In this document: piece by piece, positions 58,009 through 64,000 of the stretch
How positions within the stretch are numbered: position 1 is the first letter of the stretch
Layout of the letters: each line of letters begins with the position of its first letter
NCBI GenBank assembly: GCA_965197475.1
Contig: CBDANF010000002.1
Coordinates: forward strand, 128,001-192,000
DNA length: 64,000 nt
Direction of reading: 5' to 3'
From: Candidatus Poribacteria bacterium
GTDB taxonomy: Bacteria > Poribacteria > WGA-4E > WGA-3G
Notes under the pieces: generated by a model
Databases searched by the model: none
Seen by the model: only the letters and a program-made list of their open reading frames with translations
Told to the model about the DNA's origin: nothing
Made by a program: the position numbers and the translations under genes

Positions 58009-58370
58009 TGGATACGAATCTCTGTATTATCCGACTCGGTGAGGGAGAACGGGTCGGTGATACGCTCGGAAAAATCCTTGATACCCCGGATATGACGACA
58101 ATCGGAGTTTTTGTTGTTTCCAAAGAACACCCGACTAAACTTCATTATCACGATTTTGATGAATATTGGTATTTCACGGAAGGCATTACAACGGTGACAC
58201 TTCGAACTGCTGATGGGCAATCCGAATCCTATCGCGTAGGTCCGGGAGATTTAGTTGTCACTCCTAAGGGTGTTGAGCATGGACATATCCCAGACGATGT
58301 TGTTAAAGGTGTGCAGTGGGTGAGTGTGATTCATCCGGATGCACGCCGTGGGCATCTACAGCGGAAGTAG
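58008..58370 (+). CDS. Cupin domain protein
   Basis: LHYHDFDEYW...GPGDLVVTPKGVEHG. Confidence 0.87.
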   Translation: MDTNLCIIRLGEGERVGDTLGKILDTPDMTTIGVFVVSKEHPTKLHYHDFDEYWYFTEGITTVTLRTADGQSESYRVGPGDLVVTPKGVEHGHIPDDVVKGVQWVSVIHPDARRGHLQRK

Positions 58371-58449
58371 TGCAAATTTCACTGCTACCACAACACCTAT
58401 TTCCGATGATGTAGGAACAACTGCAGAAACTCTTGTAGGAGAAGATTTT

Positions 58450-59202
58450 ATGAAATTTCAGCGAAGGGTTGCTCTGGTAACCGGAGGTAGCCGTGGTATA
58501 GGAAAGGCAACCGCTTATAAACTTGCCAGTGAAGGTGCTACCGTTGCCGTACACTATTCCCGATCAGATGCTAAAGCGGAAGATGTCTGTGCTGAAATCT
58601 ACGGTGAATATCGACAGAAAGCATTCCCTTTTCAAGCCGACATCTCAGATAGAGAAGCAGTAAACAGAATGGTTGCTGCGGTGACCAAAGAACTCGGCAC
58701 AATTGAATTGCTGGTGAACAACGCTGGAGATGTCGGTGATATGGCGTTTGATGAGCTTACGCCTGAACATTGGGATCGGATAATCGCAATTAACCTGACT
58801 GGTCCCTTCAACGTGCTTTGGGCAGTCAAACCAGGGATGATCAAACGACAGTTTGGTCGTATCGTCAATGTGTCGTCAATTGCTGCGTTGGCAGTCCGCC
58901 CGAATCAACTACCTTATGCCGCAGCGAAAGCCGGTGTTATCTCCCTGACAAAATCGTGTTGTGGACCACTTGCACAGCACAACATCCGCATCAATTCAGT
59001 GGCACCGGGGGCAATAGCGACAGATATGCTAAGTGAAGTTTCGCCAGAAATGGTGGAGCAACTCCGCTCTACAACACCGCTCGGTAGGCTTGGTGAACCG
59101 TATGAGATGGCGGACGTGATAGCGTTTCTTTTGAGCGAGGAATCGAGTTATATGACAGGTTCAACTGTGATTGCAAGTGGCGGACGCATCCTCATTCCGT
59201 AA
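58450..59202 (+). CDS. SDR family oxidoreductase (FabG-like)
   Basis: TGGSRGIG, NNAG, YAAAK. Confidence 0.92.
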   Translation: MKFQRRVALVTGGSRGIGKATAYKLASEGATVAVHYSRSDAKAEDVCAEIYGEYRQKAFPFQADISDREAVNRMVAAVTKELGTIELLVNNAGDVGDMAFDELTPEHWDRIIAINLTGPFNVLWAVKPGMIKRQFGRIVNVSSIAALAVRPNQLPYAAAKAGVISLTKSCCGPLAQHNIRINSVAPGAIATDMLSEVSPEMVEQLRSTTPLGRLGEPYEMADVIAFLLSEESSYMTGSTVIASGGRILIP

Positions 59203-60457
59203 ATGTAAGTTCTGTCTCTCCGATTTCCAGATCAAATGCAACGAACGTTTGCTTGTTCTCACAGAGAAACGTATCTCTCTGAAAATCGCGCCGAGAATGA
59301 ACATCGCGTATATCCCATCCGTTGACTTGTATACGACGTATCGGGGCATCAATAGCTAACGTAAAGTTTGCAGTTGGGAATTGGGTCGAAAGGTTAATCT
59401 GCTGCTGTTCATTGAGGGTTGTAATTTCAGTGAATTCACGTGCCATCCAGTAGTGGCCAATTTCGGAGGTTTTCATCCAAAGCGTTTTTGTTCTATCAGG
59501 ATCGTAATTATCTAATCGCGATTTGACTGTTTTCAACACATCAAACCCACATTTTTCTCCGTTGAAATAGAACCCTGGCCAATGTCCAGCGAGAACACAC
59601 GGAAGTTCTTGCTCAAGGATGGGTGGTAAACGACCTCCTTGTAAGTCTTCCGTAATGAATCGATCAGCATCTCCCAAGTCGTAGCCTGTCCACCCACCGA
59701 ACCAGTCACCAGCACCTGCAACAATACTGGCAATCGCGCTCCCATTCTGTCTATCAGCATGCCAGATAGGCACATCTGGAAATTCATCGTGTTTTAGCCA
59801 GAGGAAATAAAACGGACAGGAATCGTTATTGACCTCCTGAGACGCTGTTAACACCGCTCTTGCATACGTTTCCTCTTGGCATTTACCGAATGCGCCAGGA
59901 CTCGTTACACCTTCACACGGGATGCCGACATTATTGAGCATTTCCATCGCTGCGATGATATAATCTGTAAGTCTATTATCAATAGGCGGATCCACCCACT
60001 CAACTTGTTCCCACTCTTGGGTCAACGCGAACGTCTCCAGGTCAACAACAGCAGTATGGGTTAACATCTCTGGTGTTAAATCGAAGTTTGGCCAAATAAT
60101 TTCGCGATAAATCCGCAGCCAAGATTGATATTCGTGTATTGGAAAATCGGGGAATCCTTCATCAACGCGTCCCATTCCAGCGGGGTAAGGAATAAGGCTA
60201 AATTTGCCTTTCACGCCGTTTTCCCAACACCATTCTGCCCACTCCCATGCAAAATCTGCGGGAATAGTTGGTGGCATTTTTTTGAGTTGCGTAGCATTAC
60301 CTTCCCATCGTTCAGGGTGGACACCCGGTTGATGTCGTGCCTTCCACGCATGTCGTTGCTGAATCCAGTAGTAAGTTAAATTAATCACCGGGCACGCATC
60401 GTCTACAATAAGGGACAATGGTGTTCTGAGGAGTGGGTTGCAGATGGTAACGTTCAT
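59192..60457 (-). CDS. Hypothetical protein, possibly with a polysaccharide deacetylase-like fold
   Basis: Long clean ORF; SLIVDD, GKFS, EMLTH, GVTSPG. Confidence 0.7.
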   Translation of the reverse strand: MNVTICNPLLRTPLSLIVDDACPVINLTYYWIQQRHAWKARHQPGVHPERWEGNATQLKKMPPTIPADFAWEWAEWCWENGVKGKFSLIPYPAGMGRVDEGFPDFPIHEYQSWLRIYREIIWPNFDLTPEMLTHTAVVDLETFALTQEWEQVEWVDPPIDNRLTDYIIAAMEMLNNVGIPCEGVTSPGAFGKCQEETYARAVLTASQEVNNDSCPFYFLWLKHDEFPDVPIWHADRQNGSAIASIVAGAGDWFGGWTGYDLGDADRFITEDLQGGRLPPILEQELPCVLAGHWPGFYFNGEKCGFDVLKTVKSRLDNYDPDRTKTLWMKTSEIGHYWMAREFTEITTLNEQQQINLSTQFPTANFTLAIDAPIRRIQVNGWDIRDVHSRRDFQRDTFLCENKQTFVAFDLEIGETELTFTE

Positions 60458-60468
60458 ATTTCGTAATC

Positions 60469-61245
60469 CTACGATCCTGTTTTTTCGGTTTCAATCTGTT
60501 CCAGACACCGTTTGATATAAGGAACGTTGTCCACCCATAGTCCTTGGATGCCGTTTTTTACCGCCCAAGAAACGTCTTTGATATTTTGAATAAACCCTGC
60601 TTCAATAACAATTCCGTTTTCACGAAGTTGATCCGCTTGTTGTGAGACAGATCGTGTAAGGGAATTGTAAATTCCAAAATGATTGATTTTGCTCCATCCG
60701 AAAATAATACGGTTTGCATCAATCAGGGTGGCTGCTTTGAGAAAGTTCGCGAATGGATTAATCAGAATCGCGCTTGTTTGCAATTTTGGCTCTAATCTTT
60801 TGGCATCAACAAGCACTTGTTTTTGGATGTAAAAGGTGAGAATGCTGACGAGGTGAACAACCTCAAAATGATGAATCCGTTCTATGATGATAGGGAGGAG
60901 TTCAGGTGTGTCGGTCTTCGGTTCAACAAAGCACGGCATCTGGTTTTCACGTACAAATCTGAGTGCATCATCAAGATGGGCAACGGGTTCATTGGAATTT
61001 AGCGACGTTAATTGTTGCACATCCTTCCATTTTAGTTTACTGAGGGGAGTTGTGCATCCGGTAGCTTTACGTATATCATCACGGTTAAAAGCAACATGAA
61101 TCAGCACAGGTTGCTTATCTTGGGTAAGGCAGACATCACATTCAAATCCATCAGCACCGTCTGTGAATGCTTGCTTAAAAGAGACGAGTGTGTTTTCGGG
61201 TGCGCGCCCCATACCACCCCGATGTGCAAGAAGTTGAATTTTCAT
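60469..61245 (-). CDS. Glycerophosphodiester phosphodiesterase
   Basis: AHRG...PENT...ECDV. Confidence 0.9.
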   Translation of the reverse strand: MKIQLLAHRGGMGRAPENTLVSFKQAFTDGADGFECDVCLTQDKQPVLIHVAFNRDDIRKATGCTTPLSKLKWKDVQQLTSLNSNEPVAHLDDALRFVRENQMPCFVEPKTDTPELLPIIIERIHHFEVVHLVSILTFYIQKQVLVDAKRLEPKLQTSAILINPFANFLKAATLIDANRIIFGWSKINHFGIYNSLTRSVSQQADQLRENGIVIEAGFIQNIKDVSWAVKNGIQGLWVDNVPYIKRCLEQIETEKTGS

Positions 61246-61255
61246 AATGTAGAGT

Positions 61256-61699
61256 TTAACCGTCTAAACGGTCAATTTCTGGTGGGTATTTTCGCATAGA
61301 TCGCAATGCCATTCTCATATTTACTTGTTCAAGACGGTTCATATTTAACGCCTCAACTGTCGCTCTGCCGGAGCGCGTGCGCCCAATTATATGCAGAAAG
61401 TTTTCACTCCACATAAAATGGCGGTGCCAATGTTTTAAGCGAGGGTTGAAGAGCGGGACTCGCTGGTCTGTTTGTGGATCAAGGGCATGCGTTTTAGTAT
61501 GTTTAGCGGAATTACACCATGGGCAAGCCAATGCTAAGTTATCTAATGAGGTTCTACCTCCAATTTTCCGAGGATAGATGTGCTCACAGTGAAAAGAGGC
61601 ACTAGCACAATTGGCAGGTACTTGACAGTATTCACAGAGTCCTTTAGCACGCTCCTGTACACGAAGACGTAGTGAGCGAGAAACCCGTTCAGAGTACAT
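61256..61699 (-). CDS. HNH endonuclease
   Basis: CEYC...EHI.P...NLALACPWCN..K; LFNPR; GRATV..L.MN. Confidence 0.9.
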   Translation of the reverse strand: MYSERVSRSLRLRVQERAKGLCEYCQVPANCASASFHCEHIYPRKIGGRTSLDNLALACPWCNSAKHTKTHALDPQTDQRVPLFNPRLKHWHRHFMWSENFLHIIGRTRSGRATVEALNMNRLEQVNMRMALRSMRKYPPEIDRLDG

Positions 61700-62114
61700 C
61701 GTTCCCTGCTTTTAATCCAAATTTTTCGATAATTTCCTCTGCTGGTTTTTCCCAACGATGCATTAAAATCGCGATACCTTCAAGGCGCTTAGTGTTCAAA
61801 ACCGTTAGCCTTCGTACGAGTTCTTGATACTCCGGCAATTCATCATCAGTCAAGGTTTCATTATCAGACTTACGTCGCAACTGCCAATACCGGCGATTTT
61901 CTTTTTCAGGCAGCTCCGAATTTTTCTTGATAAATGCCAACACATCTTCATCCGAAGCATTAGGATTAACTTTTTCACTGACCGAATTTTCTTGCTGTTG
62001 CTGCCATTCGGCAAATTTCTGGGTAAATTCATCTAACTCAAATGGCGATAACTTTTTAACGCCACGCAGTAAATGTTCAACCTTTAGTTCTGTCGGGTTC
62101 TCTACACTTGCCAT
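61689..62114 (-). CDS. Hypothetical protein coupled to the HNH gene (putative antitoxin)
   Basis: Overlaps the HNH gene by 11 nt; RY..L..K...ETLT.DE..EY..L...R. Confidence 0.75.
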   Translation of the reverse strand: MASVENPTELKVEHLLRGVKKLSPFELDEFTQKFAEWQQQQENSVSEKVNPNASDEDVLAFIKKNSELPEKENRRYWQLRRKSDNETLTDDELPEYQELVRRLTVLNTKRLEGIAILMHRWEKPAEEIIEKFGLKAGNDVL

Positions 62115-62235
62115 CGCAACTCCTCCTGAGCATCCGTACGCATTACTTGCACTACCTACACTTGTCTATAATTTACGTATTCAATTAGTTTAACACAGAT
62201 TTTGGCGTTTTGCAAAGTGCTATGTGCGTCATAAT

Positions 62236-62961
62236 TCATTTTTTCTTATGCCACATCCGCTCAAAATTATCCTGTGGCTGAAATCCTAAAATCCGTTTCG
62301 TTTTGACATTTGAGAACTGCTGATGCGGCAAATCAGCGAAGATGTTAAAAATCTCACACCGTGATGGTAATTCCTCCAGATCAATTTCTAATCCTAACCG
62401 AAATGCCTCACCCGCATCCCGCCAACTCACCGCGAATGAATTTGTATCTGTTCCTTCCGCTGGGTCATCTGTCTCACGGAAATTGAGAAATAGGTAACAG
62501 AGAACATAGATGTCGTAATGTTCGGTGAAAACTTTACAGATTTCCTGCCCAAGTCCTTTCGTCAATGGATAAAGACCTGTGCTTGTCTTTGGTGGAACAT
62601 CTGGGTTAATCTCGTAATCCCAACTGGTATAGGCATCTCCTTGGATGGTGAAGTGGGGACCTGTGTTGATGACACGGCGGATACCGTGTTCAACAGCGGC
62701 GCGCATCGTGTTATATGCCCCACGTGTGCTAACATCAAATGCCAACTGCCGATCATGGCGAAGCACTGAGCAGTTGATAATAGTGTCCATTCCCTCTGCT
62801 GCTTGCATGACCTGATCTAATGAACCTACATCAATGTGCATCGATTCATGTTTTGTCTCAATGTCGTTGATGTCCGTTACACGCAAGGTGTAGTAGGGTT
62901 CCAATGCTTTGACAACGTGTGGTCCGAGGTATCCGTTGCCACCTAAAATCAGAACTTTCAT
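62236..62961 (-). CDS. NAD-dependent epimerase/dehydratase
   Basis: LGGNGYLG; YPLTK. Confidence 0.85.
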   Translation of the reverse strand: MKVLILGGNGYLGPHVVKALEPYYTLRVTDINDIETKHESMHIDVGSLDQVMQAAEGMDTIINCSVLRHDRQLAFDVSTRGAYNTMRAAVEHGIRRVINTGPHFTIQGDAYTSWDYEINPDVPPKTSTGLYPLTKGLGQEICKVFTEHYDIYVLCYLFLNFRETDDPAEGTDTNSFAVSWRDAGEAFRLGLEIDLEELPSRCEIFNIFADLPHQQFSNVKTKRILGFQPQDNFERMWHKKK

Positions 62962-62998
62962 TTGTTATCTCCTCATGTTGTGTTGGCACACGGTGTGC

Positions 62999-63721
62999 TT
63001 ACTGTTTTGTCGGTGGCACAAATTGCGGATTGAATTTCAGGTGTCCCTTCGCTTTGCCGATGGAAAAACGTGAACCGGGGAATTCCGACTGGACGTGAAA
63101 GATACCCCATCTTGATGGTGCTTCAATTGCACCTTGAAAGGCAGCAACCGCATCATTTATTTCAAGCCACATTGAGTTGAACTCCACACCAGCTGCTTCT
63201 TCAGCAGTGGTAATAGCACCGAGTCGGAGGCATGTTACATTGATCTTCCCTTCGCGAGCAAATTCTCGGCAAGTGAATTCGCCAAGGTGCTTTGAAAGCA
63301 CAAAACTATCCATACTCGGACGCGGTCTCCAATTCTCTTTAACGGTCCAATCTTCACCATGTTGCTCAAACAAACGGAGTGTGCTGGCATAAATGCAGTG
63401 TTTCACACCTTCTGCAGCTGCAGCCATTAACAGGTTATAGGTGCAACGCGTCTGATAATCAATCTCAAAGTTTTCTGGTTGGTTGACCTTTGCTAAAATA
63501 TTTGGAGGAATTTCGGCAATATGGACAATAGCGTCCAGACCTTGCATCAATTCGTTTGTTGACTCGTCGTGTCCTAAATTGCTCTGAACAAATTCGCATC
63601 CTGATACGTTGGTGGTATCAATAGGTTCAAGTTCTGTTAGTCGGATCGTATGTGATTCTGCTGTGGCTGCCGCTAATCTGCGCGCCAATTCGGAACCAGC
63701 CGAGGTAATCAAAACGTTCAT
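62999..63721 (-). CDS. NAD-dependent epimerase/dehydratase-like protein
   Basis: MNVLITS; TYNLL.AA..EGVK; SKHLGE; LRLG. Confidence 0.8.
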   Translation of the reverse strand: MNVLITSAGSELARRLAAATAESHTIRLTELEPIDTTNVSGCEFVQSNLGHDESTNELMQGLDAIVHIAEIPPNILAKVNQPENFEIDYQTRCTYNLLMAAAAEGVKHCIYASTLRLFEQHGEDWTVKENWRPRPSMDSFVLSKHLGEFTCREFAREGKINVTCLRLGAITTAEEAAGVEFNSMWLEINDAVAAFQGAIEAPSRWGIFHVQSEFPGSRFSIGKAKGHLKFNPQFVPPTKQ

Positions 63722-63758
63722 AAGAATCTCTCTTAAAATTAGGGTTGTTAGATTAGTT

Positions 63759-64000
63759 CTATAAAACCTCTCGAATTTTCGCTGCAATATTACTAATTTC
63801 TTCTGTATTTACTTCTCTCGGTTGCCACGGAGGTCTCAACGGGTCTCCTTCCCATCTCGGAATGATGTGCAGATGGAAATGGAAAACCGTCTGAAATCCC
63901 GCTGCTTCGTTATTTTGGACCAGGTTGAGACCATCGGGGTTTAAAGCCTCACGGATCGCTGCTGCAAGCGGTATCGTGGCTTCCATAATTTTACTGCCTA
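63759..64000 (-). CDS. HIT family protein (5' end outside the window)
   Basis: NEAAGFQTVFHFHLHIIPR (HxHxH). Confidence 0.9.
   Translation of the reverse strand, partial: GSKIMEATIPLAAAIREALNPDGLNLVQNNEAAGFQTVFHFHLHIIPRWEGDPLRPPWQPREVNTEEISNIAAKIREVL

Noticed and set aside
1-64000. CRISPR array, rRNA or tRNA genes
   Set aside because: No regularly spaced repeat-spacer array or recognisable structural RNA; ATTGAAAG at 27501 is a single occurrence

Overview
Bacterial chromosomal window with about 55 genes. The content (five PhyH dioxygenases, two sulfatases, WD40/HEAT/TPR repeat proteins, LamG proteins ending in KLATSW, many REP/MITE repeats) suggests a Candidatus Poribacteria-like sponge symbiont; this is an inference. 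Housekeeping genes include glyS, glycerate kinase, transketolase, a DlgD/YiaK-like reductase and a SurA-like chaperone. Highlights: (1) two selenoproteins hidden by in-frame UGA codons, each followed by a SECIS-like hairpin: a CUAEP-tail radical SAM enzyme (21587-20190) and a WGSW-U-AC thioredoxin/TPR fusion (51377-50310); (2) an AT-rich island (about 23200-29850) with a tandem-HTH/GIY-YIG-like protein, two copies of a [97-aa gene + palindrome + promoter + class I glutamine amidotransferase/peptidase C26] cassette whose middle is near-identical while the flanks have diverged, candidate small RNAs, and a VIT-vWA protein; this is the best candidate for an undescribed system; (3) many pseudogenes with G:C>A:T lesions and deletion junctions; (4) two IS elements, one apparently nested in a REP-carrying MITE. 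No rRNA, tRNA or CRISPR array was recognised.
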